64,000 nt of DNA from Patescibacteria group bacterium (GTDB lineage: Bacteria > Patescibacteriota > Patescibacteriia > JBAZBY01). A program made the position numbers and the translations under genes. The stretch covers positions 494,940 through 558,939 of the forward strand of contig JBAZBY010000001.1 in assembly GCA_041671225.1 (NCBI GenBank), read 5' to 3'. This document shows, piece after piece, positions 1 to 9,201 of the stretch; the first letter of the stretch is position 1; each line of letters starts with the position of its first letter. The notes beneath the pieces were generated by a model. The model had not been told where the DNA came from. It saw only the letters and a list, made by a program, of their open reading frames with translations, and made no database searches.

Positions 1-804
1 ACGTTTGGTTTTTTTGGCATTGTTTTTGCCCAGTCGAGTGAAACAATCAATATCACCGCGATTGTTCCTGAACCAGAGCCTACTGAAGAACTCATCACGA
101 AGGTGATCTTTACGGGGATTGCGTATCCTGGTGAGCAGGTAACGCTGCAGCGAGCTGGCGTGACCATTGCGAGTGTGCCAGCCGACCCAACAGCTCATTT
201 TGACATCGGTTTTGAGACAGACCCGGGCAGTTACGCATTCACTGTCTATGCAACAGACGAAGAAGGACGAACATCTCCATCAATGTCTTTTAGCGTCACA
301 CTGACGGAAGGAGTGATATTAACGGTGAATGGTATCTTTCTCGGGCCAAGTATTGAAGTTGAACAACCGACGTATGCACTCAGTGACACTGTCGTTGTTT
401 TTGGACAAACAGCGCCATCAAGTCAGGTGACGCTTTTTGTGAGTTCTGATACGACACAGACGTATGATACTGTTTCTGATACCAATGGTTTATGGTCGCG
501 CTCACTGCTTGCAAATGACATTGGCACAGGAACGCATGAATCAAATGCAAAGGCTGAGAATCCTGATGCGCTTATTTCTGAGCTGAGTAAAACCGTAACC
601 TTTGCGGTTGAAGATGATGATCTTTGCAGCGGCAAGACGCGCGGTGATTTGAACTGTGATGGCAGCGTCAACCTCGTTGACTTTAGCATCCTTCTTTTTT
701 ATTGGCAGCAAACACATCCAGCAAACGAACGAGCAGATATTAATGATGACGGTATTGTGAATATTGTTGACTTTAGTATTATGCTCTTCTATTGGACTGG
801 TTAA
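1..804 (+). CDS. Secreted Ig-like protein with C-terminal dockerin-type duplicated Ca-binding repeat (5' truncated)
   Basis: Frame 1 is open from base 1 (TFGFFGIVFAQ, the end of a signal peptide). The C-terminus has two repeats, GDLNCDGSVNLVDFSILL and ADINDDGIVNIVDFSIML, matching the dockerin type I pattern. Confidence 0.8.
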   Translation, partial: TFGFFGIVFAQSSETINITAIVPEPEPTEELITKVIFTGIAYPGEQVTLQRAGVTIASVPADPTAHFDIGFETDPGSYAFTVYATDEEGRTSPSMSFSVTLTEGVILTVNGIFLGPSIEVEQPTYALSDTVVVFGQTAPSSQVTLFVSSDTTQTYDTVSDTNGLWSRSLLANDIGTGTHESNAKAENPDALISELSKTVTFAVEDDDLCSGKTRGDLNCDGSVNLVDFSILLFYWQQTHPANERADINDDGIVNIVDFSIMLFYWTG

Positions 805-805
805 C

Positions 806-1924
806 ATGAAGTATTTTTTTCTCACACTTTTTGTTATTTTTGGATTTTCTTTTGCATCGCATGCAAATGCTTCTGTTTTGAAAATACATCCCTCTGAGCA
901 GATTGTGCAGCCGGGGGATATCGTTATTGTTGATGTACAATTAGATAGCGAGGCGCAGACAATTAACGCGGTTGAAGGGTACATCACGTATTCACCAGAA
1001 ATTTTGCAACCGGTTGAGCTCTCACGCGGAGGCTCTTTTTTAACACTATGGCCTGAGGAACCGCAACAAAACGCCATTGGCTCTCTGCAGTTTTCAGGCG
1101 GCATTCCAGGCGGAACCATTGCATGGAATGGACTCGTGTTACGGTTGAGCTTTGAAGTTCTTGCGCCAGGTACTGCCGAAATTGCGTTCGTTGACGCACG
1201 GAGCGGTGCGTACCTCAATGATGGTCTTGGTACTGCAACACAACTCACAACGCAACGCGGTGTTGTCTTTGTGGAATCTCTTGCTGAAGATGCATTACAC
1301 ATTACCTCCGGCACGCATCCTGACCAGACAGCATGGTACCAAGAAGATGCCGTGGAGTTACAATTTCCGCTGCGTGAGAATGCCGATTATGCATATACGC
1401 TTTCCATAGACCCGCTTGCGCATCCGGCGGATATCCCACAGGAAACAACAGGAACAGTGCGCTATGGCAGCCTCGATGACGGTATCTGGTATTTTGCATT
1501 GCAAGAGCGTCGCGACGGAGAGGAGTGGGGTGCAGTGAATCACTTCCGAATAAAGATTGATAGCACACCCCCTGAACCATTTGAACCAGTCTTCACTCTT
1601 GAACAAGAAGGAAATAAAGGAACGCCTATACTCCTGTTTTCCGCGCACGATGCGCTCTCTGGGGTTGAACGGTATACTGTGCAAGAGGGAACACATACAA
1701 CCGAGGATGCAGCCAGTCCGTATGTTATCCGTGATCCCGATGCTCTCGACGATGTGGTGATTCGCGCGTATGACTACGCTGGCAATGTGCGCAAGGTAAC
1801 GTATCATGGACGTACCGGCACTGTGGTTGCAGAAAATAACAATCAGATTTTACTCCTGTCTATTATTGCCGGACTTCTGGTGCTTTCCCTTTTTCTCTTT
1901 ATGGTAGCCAAACGTAATGATTAA
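806..1924 (+). CDS. Cohesin-domain surface protein with C-terminal TM anchor
   Basis: Signal peptide MKYFFLTLFVIFGFSFASHANA; cohesin-like N-domain (GDIVIVDVQLDS..INAVEGYITY..L); THPDQ..WY Ig-like domain; hydrophobic C-terminus followed by KR. Confidence 0.75.
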   Translation: MKYFFLTLFVIFGFSFASHANASVLKIHPSEQIVQPGDIVIVDVQLDSEAQTINAVEGYITYSPEILQPVELSRGGSFLTLWPEEPQQNAIGSLQFSGGIPGGTIAWNGLVLRLSFEVLAPGTAEIAFVDARSGAYLNDGLGTATQLTTQRGVVFVESLAEDALHITSGTHPDQTAWYQEDAVELQFPLRENADYAYTLSIDPLAHPADIPQETTGTVRYGSLDDGIWYFALQERRDGEEWGAVNHFRIKIDSTPPEPFEPVFTLEQEGNKGTPILLFSAHDALSGVERYTVQEGTHTTEDAASPYVIRDPDALDDVVIRAYDYAGNVRKVTYHGRTGTVVAENNNQILLLSIIAGLLVLSLFLFMVAKRND

Positions 1925-3191
1925 ATTGCGAAATTCAACATTATCATTTCTTACAGCATTCGCTTTTCTTTTGGCGTTTCCTGCTTTTGCGCATGCATCA
2001 ACGTTGTTTTTTTCACCGAGTGCAGGGTCGTATCAAACGGGAGCTACCTTTAGCGTTGGCGTCTACGTCAATGCAGGCGCGACGCCCATCAATGCGGCAA
2101 ATGGTACGATTGGCGCGTCCAACCTTACGATAACGAGCGTACGCAAGGCATCATTGTTTAGCTTATGGCCGGTTGAGCCCGGAATGAGCGGCACTAGCGT
2201 CAGTTTTGCTGGCGGGCTTCCTTCACCAGGATATAGCGGAACCGCAGGACAGTTTCTTATACTTTCGGTTCGCGCAGGGAGCGTAGGGACGGCAACCCTT
2301 TCTTTCAGCGGGGCGAGTATTCTCGCAAATGACGGCCTTGGCACAAATGTGCTCAGTGGCACGGGCAGTGCAGCATTTACGATTACCGCAGTACCAGAAG
2401 CAGTACCGGGCATTCCCGGCGCTCCCACGGTTTCTTCACCAACGCATCCGGACCAAGAGCGTTGGTATGGCGATCCGAATCCGACCTTCACATGGAATCG
2501 CGGTTCTGACGTGGATGGCTTCAGCTACCTTTTTGATGACAATGCAGAGACGATACCAGAAACAACGCGCAGTGGAAACGATACAGAAGTTTCCTTTCAT
2601 GATCTTGCTGATGGTATTCATTATTTTCATATCCGCGCCCACACCGAAGCCGGTTGGGGAGCCACAACGCATTTTATTATCCGTATTGATAACACGCCGC
2701 CAGGCGCGCCAACAGTAACATTTGAAGATGACCTGCCGCTTGAACGTCCTTACGCGCTTCTCTATATCATAAGCGAGGATGCAACGTCCGGCATTGATCA
2801 TTTTGATGTCTTTCTTGATGATGGCGAGGTCGTTGTGTTGACTTCTGAAGAAGCCGCACAGTATGTGTTGCTTGATCTTTCTCTTGGCAAACATCGCTTG
2901 ATGGTACGCGCCATTGACCGCGCAGGAAAAATTGCGGAAATAACGATCTTTTTTGTTGTTCAGGAAGCTGGTGCGCCGGTTATTTGCGAAACACCGACGT
3001 GCCCAGCCGAGACGGTAACACTCTTTGGCGGACTTACCCTGCAACAGACCATAGTCAAAAATTGGCTTATTGCTTTCTGTTGTCTTTTTCTCTTATTATT
3101 GGTTGCTATTCTTACGCGCTTCAAACAAGAGACCGGTTCACTCCGGCATCTGGTATTTCCTGTTCGCAAGAAAACAGGAAAGCGTAAGTAA
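1917..3191 (+). CDS. Second cohesin-domain surface protein with C-terminal TM anchor
   Basis: Signal peptide ending AHA; GATFSVGVYVN..INAANGTI; the same LW/FAGG and THPDQ..WY motifs as the upstream paralogue; TM helix and basic tail. Confidence 0.75.
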   Translation: MIKLRNSTLSFLTAFAFLLAFPAFAHASTLFFSPSAGSYQTGATFSVGVYVNAGATPINAANGTIGASNLTITSVRKASLFSLWPVEPGMSGTSVSFAGGLPSPGYSGTAGQFLILSVRAGSVGTATLSFSGASILANDGLGTNVLSGTGSAAFTITAVPEAVPGIPGAPTVSSPTHPDQERWYGDPNPTFTWNRGSDVDGFSYLFDDNAETIPETTRSGNDTEVSFHDLADGIHYFHIRAHTEAGWGATTHFIIRIDNTPPGAPTVTFEDDLPLERPYALLYIISEDATSGIDHFDVFLDDGEVVVLTSEEAAQYVLLDLSLGKHRLMVRAIDRAGKIAEITIFFVVQEAGAPVICETPTCPAETVTLFGGLTLQQTIVKNWLIAFCCLFLLLLVAILTRFKQETGSLRHLVFPVRKKTGKRK

Positions 3192-3192
3192 T

Positions 3193-3966
3193 TTAAAACC
3201 AGCGTAACTTAAGTGCCCCGGCAGTGGAATCGATGGGGTTGATAAATGCTGGTGGTAAACAAGAACCTACGGGAGTGCCTGGGTTTGACGAACTAACGCC
3301 GAGGTAATATGCGCAACCGTTTTTATCATTTCCACAATTTGAAGGAAGAAACAAACCGCCTGGACATTCACTATCTGTAAAACTTTGGCAACCTGACTTA
3401 AACCACGCGAAATATGCACCAGGCACAACGGTATGACCCCAAAATGTACCACCGGGACTGTGCGATATATAGATGAAACTTGGATAGCCACTCGTAAATT
3501 TTTTCGTTACAGGTGAGAGGATGGGGTTGGTTTGAATGTTGCGGTTGATATATGGAAGCATTTTTGTCGCAATAGCACTGTCCCCACTTTGTGTTGGTCC
3601 CGCACCACTACAAGGAGCTGCCGATGATTCACCGATTCGGCAGTAGCTATTAGCACCAAGACCGACTCTTCCCGCCCCGAGACAGGTATGTTCTGGAAAT
3701 CCAGGGCCGTAACTAAAACATGTTGGGGCTTGTCCCATACAGTGACTGGTAGGAAGTGCTCCATTATTATCATCTGCAAACACCATAAGCGCATTCATCA
3801 GTGAACGTGCGTCGGTAGACGCCTTTGCATTTAATGCTTTCTCTCGCCCGCCATTCAGTTGTACCAGCCCGATCGTTGAAAGAATTCCAATGATTGCAAT
3901 AACGATCAGCAGCTCAATGAGGGTAAAGCCTTTTTTGTTTTCAGGATTTTTTTCGTCCTTTTCCAT
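3193..3966 (-). CDS. Type IV pilin-like protein (class III signal peptide) with Cys-rich globular domain
   Basis: KKG|FTLIELLIVIAIIGILSTI prepilin motif. The ATG at 3966 lies inside the 3' end of the recombinase gene. Confidence 0.9.
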   Translation of the reverse strand: MEKDEKNPENKKGFTLIELLIVIAIIGILSTIGLVQLNGGREKALNAKASTDARSLMNALMVFADDNNGALPTSHCMGQAPTCFSYGPGFPEHTCLGAGRVGLGANSYCRIGESSAAPCSGAGPTQSGDSAIATKMLPYINRNIQTNPILSPVTKKFTSGYPSFIYISHSPGGTFWGHTVVPGAYFAWFKSGCQSFTDSECPGGLFLPSNCGNDKNGCAYYLGVSSSNPGTPVGSCLPPAFINPIDSTAGALKLRWF

Positions 3967-4912
3967 GGTGCGTTTTATAGATATCCTTAAGGCCTTTGTT
4001 CGTGACGTGCGTGTATATTTGGGTTGTGGTGATCGATGCATGGCCGAGCAGCGCCTGCACAGAGCGGATGTCCGCTCCGCTGCCGAGCATGTCGGTCGCA
4101 TATGAGTGGCGCAGCGTGTGAGGCGTTACTGGTTTGGTGATGCCGGCAATTTTTGCGTAGTGTTGCACAATGCGTTGCACAGAACGAGACGTGAGCGCCT
4201 CTCCGGCAGAGCCGGATCCCGCTCCGCGGGGGGCTTCACTACTTTTTTTTGCGCGGTCGTGTCGCACAAACAACGAGGGGTTCAGATCATGGCGTGCATC
4301 TTTATACGCCTTCAGCGCTGCGCGTGCGGCATCAGAGAGAAACACAAGACGAAGTTTACCACCCTTACCGCGCACTGTGAATTCATCCTTTTTAAGATTT
4401 ACTTGCTCTTGCGTGAGATTCGCGAGTTCAGAAACACGCAAGCCCGTTGAAAAGAGCGTTTCAAGAATTGCTGTATCGCGATGTTTGACGATTTCGTCCG
4501 CGTCACTTTTTTCAGGCGCAGAAAGAAGCGCTTCAACCTCCTCTTCATCCAAGAAGCTCACTTCCCGTTGTTGTTGTTTTGCCAGCTCGATTTTTTCAGG
4601 CGCAAGCGATAGAATGTCCTGTTTTGAGAGGTATTTCAAGAATGACCTGAGCGCAATAAGGTGGTAGTTGATGGTTGATGCTTTGAGCGGTTCGCCTTTT
4701 GGCCCCTCTCTCCGGTTCAACATGAGCCGAAAACGTTTCACTTTTGGAAGCGTGATATCTTCTGGTTTTTTGATCTCACTTTCAGAAAGAAAACGAGTGA
4801 GGTAAAAATCGTAATTTTTGATCGTTTTTTGGGATGCCCCATGTTCAATCTCTAGATACTCCAAAAAATCGGTTTGAAGTTTCTGAGCAGTATTACCCCC
4901 CTTTTGTGGCAT
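3941..4912 (-). CDS. XerC/XerD-family tyrosine recombinase
   Basis: FLEYLEIE..SQKTIKNY; TGLRVSEL (catalytic R); GKGGK; TPHTLRHSYAT; LLGHASITTTQIY. Confidence 0.93.
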   Translation of the reverse strand: MPQKGGNTAQKLQTDFLEYLEIEHGASQKTIKNYDFYLTRFLSESEIKKPEDITLPKVKRFRLMLNRREGPKGEPLKASTINYHLIALRSFLKYLSKQDILSLAPEKIELAKQQQREVSFLDEEEVEALLSAPEKSDADEIVKHRDTAILETLFSTGLRVSELANLTQEQVNLKKDEFTVRGKGGKLRLVFLSDAARAALKAYKDARHDLNPSLFVRHDRAKKSSEAPRGAGSGSAGEALTSRSVQRIVQHYAKIAGITKPVTPHTLRHSYATDMLGSGADIRSVQALLGHASITTTQIYTHVTNKGLKDIYKTHHGKGRKKS

Positions 4913-5030
4913 ATACCGTATTGTACGACACTTGCGTTCTTTTGCACACTATACCGCCCAAGCATTGACATGGTATACTCGTTGTGGTAGTTTATTTTGG
5001 TTCAGTTTTTAATGTTTATCATTTATTTCC

Positions 5031-5105
5031 CCGACATCGCTTGGTGAGGCGCGTCCCGAGAGGCCACGTCCACTCAGCAATGCCGAACGTATTTAAGGAG
5101 GAAAC
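5031..5105 (+). promoter_or_regulatory. Possible structured rpsO leader with Shine-Dalgarno site
   Basis: Imperfect stem CGACATCGCT...AGCAATGCCG, then AAGGAGG just before the rpsO ATG. S15 autoregulatory leaders are established in other phyla. Confidence 0.35.
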
Positions 5106-5375
5106 ATGCCTCTCTCAAAAGAGAAAAAGGACAAGATCATCAAGAAGTTTAAAACGCATGAAAGCGACACGGGTTCTTCTGTGGTGCAGATTGCTATTTT
5201 GTCCAAAGAAATCGAGGAGATTACAAAGCATCTCCAAGAGCATAAGAAGGATTTTTCAACCCGCCGCGGATTACTCCGCAAGGTTGGCCAGCGTAAGCGC
5301 TTGCTCGGCTACCTTGAGCGTGATAACCACAAGGCATTTGTGAAGCTCGTAAAGGATTTGAAGCTCAATGTCTAA
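5106..5375 (+). CDS. rpsO: 30S ribosomal protein S15
   Basis: DTGS.VVQIAIL, HKKDFSTRRGLLRKVGQRKRLLGYL; 89 aa. Confidence 0.98.
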   Translation: MPLSKEKKDKIIKKFKTHESDTGSSVVQIAILSKEIEEITKHLQEHKKDFSTRRGLLRKVGQRKRLLGYLERDNHKAFVKLVKDLKLNV

Positions 5376-5376
5376 C

Positions 5377-5988
5377 ATGATCAAACACAAAGAACAGCGC
5401 ATCGGCATTTTTGTTGATGTCGCAAATATGTATTACTCCGCAAAGAACCTTTATCAAACAAAGGTGAACTTTGGTGAAGTTTTGAAACTCGCTGTTTCAG
5501 ATCGTCGATTGCTTCGCGCAATCGCCTATGTCGTTCGCGCGGACAGTCCCGAAGAGCAAGGCTTTTTTGATGCGTTGGAGAATCAGGGATTTGAAGTTCG
5601 TAGCAAAGACCTTCAAGTTTTTTATGGTGGCCAAAAAAAAGGCGACTGGGATGTTGGAATTGCTATTGACGCAATTACACTCGCGGAACGCCTGGATGTC
5701 GTTGTGATTGTTTCAGGCGACGGAGATTATGTGCCACTCATTGAGTACTTGCGGTACAATAAGGGTTGCCGCGTGGAGGCAATGGGCTTTGGACGTTCCT
5801 CATCCAGCAAACTCAAAGAGACTGCGGATGAATTTATTGATCTTGCTGATTTTCAAGACAAGGTATTGCTTGGTAATCGAGGTTCACGCATCACGCGATT
5901 GATTCGTCCACGCGGAGGTCGCGAACAAGATAACGCACCAAGGCACCCACAGAAGGATATAAAGAAGAATGGACGACCATCCTCCTAG
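5377..5988 (+). CDS. NYN/LabA-DUF88 domain protein (PIN-like fold)
   Basis: IFVDVANMY, KKGDWDVGIAID, SGDGDY, ADEFIDL. Confidence 0.9.
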   Translation: MIKHKEQRIGIFVDVANMYYSAKNLYQTKVNFGEVLKLAVSDRRLLRAIAYVVRADSPEEQGFFDALENQGFEVRSKDLQVFYGGQKKGDWDVGIAIDAITLAERLDVVVIVSGDGDYVPLIEYLRYNKGCRVEAMGFGRSSSSKLKETADEFIDLADFQDKVLLGNRGSRITRLIRPRGGREQDNAPRHPQKDIKKNGRPSS

Positions 5989-6091
5989 GACACCGCGCAG
6001 AGGAAAGCAACTCGAAGCAATTGGAACCCTATCGATCATCGTCGGTTTGATTTTGGTTGCTTGGGGGATTTTTTCGCTCATGACGGGTTGA
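5969..6091 (+). CDS. Putative 40-aa single-TM small protein (not in ORF track)
   Basis: MDDHPPRTPRRGKQLEAIGTLSIIVGLILVAWGIFSLMTG*: basic N-terminus plus one clean TM helix; overlaps the NYN stop. Confidence 0.5.
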   Translation: MDDHPPRTPRRGKQLEAIGTLSIIVGLILVAWGIFSLMTG

Positions 6092-6116
6092 CAATACATA
6101 CTTGGTCGCGTATAGT
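6088..6116 (+). promoter_or_regulatory. Sigma70-type promoter for pnp
   Basis: TTGACA-17 nt-TATAGT. Confidence 0.75.
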
Positions 6117-6153
6117 GTGACCGCGTTCTTTATGACTACATTACATTATTAAT

Positions 6154-6242
6154 TCCTTGCCTTTCGCCGGAAGACAGGTAGGCTCACCTCATTTGTGGAG
6201 AACACCAACGAGGAAGTCTAAAGTCTACTGGTGAAGGAAGGA
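6154..6242 (+). promoter_or_regulatory. Long stem-loop in pnp 5' leader (candidate RNase III site)
   Basis: TCCTTGCCTTTCGCCGGAAGAC pairs with GTCTACTGGTGAAGGAAGGA, with inner helices. Confidence 0.6.
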
Positions 6243-6257
6243 TCTGAAAGGTATTCT

Positions 6258-8501
6258 ATGGAATCCTTTACCACTGAAGTTGGTGGGCGTACGCTCACCA
6301 TCCAGGCCGGCAAATATGCTGGTCAGGCAAATGCTGCCGTTACCGTGCAATACGGTGAAACGGTTGTTTTAGCAACTGCTGTTATGAGCAGCGAAGTCCG
6401 CGAGGGAATGGAATATTTCCCCCTTATGGTGGATTATGAGGAGCGGCTCTATGCTGCGGGGAAGATCAAAGGCTCTCGCTTTATCAAACGCGAAGGCCGG
6501 CCTTCTGATGAAGCAATTCTCACTGGCCGAATCGTTGATCGTTCCGTGCGTCCGTTGTTTGATCAAAGTGCACGCAATGATGTGCAGGTTGTCATCACCG
6601 TTCTCTCTGTTGATCAGGAGAACGATCCGGATGTACTCTCTGTCATTGCTGCATCCACTGCACTTGCTGTTTCTGATATCCCATGGAACGGTCCGCTCTC
6701 TGCGGTTCGCGTGAGCCGCTTGAACGATGCATGGGTCGTGAATCCAACCTACGCCCAGCGCGCGGAAAGTCAGCTTGACTTGCTCGTGTGTGGAACGGAT
6801 GAAAAAGTCATCATGATCGAGAGCGAAGGAAAGCAGGCACCGGAAGATATCGCTCTGCAGGGTATTGAAGAAGCACTGAAGCATATTGCCCCTTCATATA
6901 AACTCATTCAGGAAGTAACAAAGAAGATCGGCAAAGAGAAGAGTACCTTCACCACCACGGAACAGGATGAGAATCCTGAAGAGCGAGAAGCGCATGAGTA
7001 CACGCAGAATAAGGTGAAAGAAATGGTGGGCGAACGTTTGAAGGATATTCTTGCCATTACTGATCCCGCAAAAGGGAAAGAAGCCATCAAAGCTCTGGAA
7101 GCAGAAGTTGAAGCAACACTAAAAGCAGACAATAAAGTCAGCAAAGATCTTCGCGTCATGGGTATTGCGCTCATCGGCAAGCACCTGGACGAAGCAACAG
7201 TAAAACTCACCCTTGAAGAAGGAAAGCGCGTTGACGGTCGTGCATTAGACGAGGTGCGACCATTGACCGTTGAGGTTGGTTTATTGCCTCGTACGCATGG
7301 TACGGGACTCTTTCAGCGCGGTGAAACACAGGTCCTCTCCGTTGTAACACTTGGCTCTCCAGGCGATGAGCAAACGCTTGATTCAATGGAAGAAAGTGGC
7401 ACGAAGCGTTACATGCATCATTACAACTTCCCAGGATTCTGTGTTGGTGAAGCAAAGCCATTGCGCGGTCCGGGACGTCGGGATATCGGTCATGGCGCGC
7501 TTGCAGAAAAGGCACTCGTTCCAGTACTGCCAAGCAAAGAAGATTTTCCCTATACGGTTCGTGTTGTATCTGAAGTCCTTTCATCAAATGGATCGTCTTC
7601 TCAGGCCTCTATTTGCGGCTCAACGCTTGCATTAATGGATGCTGGCGTACCGATCACCGCACCGGTCGCGGGTATTGCCATGGGACTTGTCATGGATGAA
7701 GAAACAGGGAAATACCGGGTTTTGACTGATATTCAGGGTATTGAAGATCACTCAGGAATGGACTTTAAGGTTGCGGGAACCGCAGAGGGTATCACGGCGA
7801 TTCAACTGGATATCAAAGTTTCCGGGCTCACGCTTGCAATTTGTAAGGAAGCCTTGGAAGGCGCAAAGAAAGCGCGTCTTACCATTCTCGACACAATGGC
7901 AAAGGTCATCAAAGAGCCGCGCAAAGAACTTTCAAAGTACGCACCGCGTATCAGCACTATCAAGGTTGATCCTGAAAAGGTACGCGAAGTCATTGGTCGC
8001 GGCGGTGAAGTCATCAATAAGATTATTGAAGACTGCGGCGGTAAGGATGTCACCAAAATTGATATTGATGACGAAGGTTTGGTTGTCATCACATCAATGG
8101 ATGCGGCGATGGCAGAGAAAGCAAAGAAGATTATTGAAAGCATCACAAAGGAAGTTGAAGTCGGAGAAGTCTATGAAGGGACTGTTACGCGTATCGTGAC
8201 CGATGCAAACAGCGGAGGCGAGATCGGCGCCATTGTAGAAATTGCGCCAGGCAAAGACGGCATGGTGCACATCTCAGAAGTTCGCCCGGAGCGCATTGAA
8301 AAGATCTCTGATTACCTGAAGGTTGGCGATACCGTCAGAGTAAAGGTCATGGAAGTTGATAAAGAGCGTGGTCGCACGGGTCTTTCTGTTCGCGCGCTTA
8401 CTGATCCAAATTACGAAGAGCATAAAAAGGAACGACGTAGTCCTCGTCCAGGTGGTAATGACCGTCGCGGCGGTGGACGTCCGTTCCGTCCACGACGCTA
8501 A
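6258..8501 (+). CDS. pnp: Polyribonucleotide nucleotidyltransferase (PNPase)
   Basis: FPLMVDYEER, REGRPS, RGETQ, HYNFP, SNGSSS, DFKVAGT; KH (IGRGG) and S1 domains. Confidence 0.98.
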   Translation: MESFTTEVGGRTLTIQAGKYAGQANAAVTVQYGETVVLATAVMSSEVREGMEYFPLMVDYEERLYAAGKIKGSRFIKREGRPSDEAILTGRIVDRSVRPLFDQSARNDVQVVITVLSVDQENDPDVLSVIAASTALAVSDIPWNGPLSAVRVSRLNDAWVVNPTYAQRAESQLDLLVCGTDEKVIMIESEGKQAPEDIALQGIEEALKHIAPSYKLIQEVTKKIGKEKSTFTTTEQDENPEEREAHEYTQNKVKEMVGERLKDILAITDPAKGKEAIKALEAEVEATLKADNKVSKDLRVMGIALIGKHLDEATVKLTLEEGKRVDGRALDEVRPLTVEVGLLPRTHGTGLFQRGETQVLSVVTLGSPGDEQTLDSMEESGTKRYMHHYNFPGFCVGEAKPLRGPGRRDIGHGALAEKALVPVLPSKEDFPYTVRVVSEVLSSNGSSSQASICGSTLALMDAGVPITAPVAGIAMGLVMDEETGKYRVLTDIQGIEDHSGMDFKVAGTAEGITAIQLDIKVSGLTLAICKEALEGAKKARLTILDTMAKVIKEPRKELSKYAPRISTIKVDPEKVREVIGRGGEVINKIIEDCGGKDVTKIDIDDEGLVVITSMDAAMAEKAKKIIESITKEVEVGEVYEGTVTRIVTDANSGGEIGAIVEIAPGKDGMVHISEVRPERIEKISDYLKVGDTVRVKVMEVDKERGRTGLSVRALTDPNYEEHKKERRSPRPGGNDRRGGGRPFRPRR

Positions 8502-8503
8502 AT

Positions 8504-8546
8504 GAATGAGGGAAAGGAAAGTCCGCAAGGGCTTTCCTCTTCATTA
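8504..8546 (+). terminator. Hairpin between pnp and cmk
   Basis: AGGAAAGTCC-GCAA-GGGCTTTCCT stem, extended by AATGA/TCATT. It abuts the next ATG. Confidence 0.5.
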
Positions 8547-9142
8547 TGATAATTACGATATCAGGCAAACCCGGTTCAGGAAAAAGCACGATCGGCAAAA
8601 GACTTGCGGAAGCGCTTGGGTATGAACGTCATTATATGGGTGGCTTGCGGCGCAAAATGGCCGCGGAGCGTGGCATGACGCTCGCTGAATTCAACAAGCT
8701 CGGTGAGAGCGAGGAGTTCACTGATCGGGATGTCGATGAAGAGGCCGCAAGGCTTGGCGCAACGACTGACAATTTTGTTATTGAGGGACGAACAATGTTT
8801 AAGTTCATCCCGCATGGCATTCATATTTTTCTTGATGTAGAACCAGAGGAGGGTGCACGGCGTATTCTACAGCATCTCAAGGAAGATACGGATAATAGCC
8901 GTAATGAGGATAAGGATCTCAATACTGTTGAGGATGTACTGCGTTCCACTCATGAGCGCATGAAGAGTGACCAGCTCCGCTATGAGAAATACTATAATCT
9001 TGATGTCTTTGATCCAAAGCACTACGATCTCGTTGTTGATACCACGCATCTCGCTCCGGATCAGGTTTTTGCAAAGATTATAAGCTTCTTGGACGAGAAA
9101 AAAGACAAGAGTGTAGCGGAAAATAAAGGGAAAACTTCATAG
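8546..9142 (+). CDS. cmk: Cytidylate kinase-like protein (archaeal-type Cmk family)
   Basis: MIITISGKPGSGKSTI P-loop, VIEGR, SD..RY..YY, YDLVVDT. Confidence 0.8.
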   Translation: MIITISGKPGSGKSTIGKRLAEALGYERHYMGGLRRKMAAERGMTLAEFNKLGESEEFTDRDVDEEAARLGATTDNFVIEGRTMFKFIPHGIHIFLDVEPEEGARRILQHLKEDTDNSRNEDKDLNTVEDVLRSTHERMKSDQLRYEKYYNLDVFDPKHYDLVVDTTHLAPDQVFAKIISFLDEKKDKSVAENKGKTS

Positions 9143-9166
9143 AAGGGGTTTCCACAGCCCATTGGT

Positions 9167-9195
9167 TTGACTTGCTGTCAAATCCGTGCTATACT
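9167..9195 (+). promoter_or_regulatory. Sigma70-type promoter with extended -10
   Basis: TTGACT-17 nt-TATACT, with TG preceding the -10 box. Confidence 0.7.
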
Positions 9196-9201
9196 CTTGC
9201 C

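Noticed and set aside
3967-4101. Long N-terminal extension on the pilin ORF
   Set aside because: It is an alternative frame of the recombinase gene. ATG 3966 gives a normal short prepilin leader.
4984-5030. dif-like site next to the Xer recombinase
   Set aside because: The AT-rich stretch lacks a convincing XerD arm (TTATGTTAAAT-like) and dyad symmetry.
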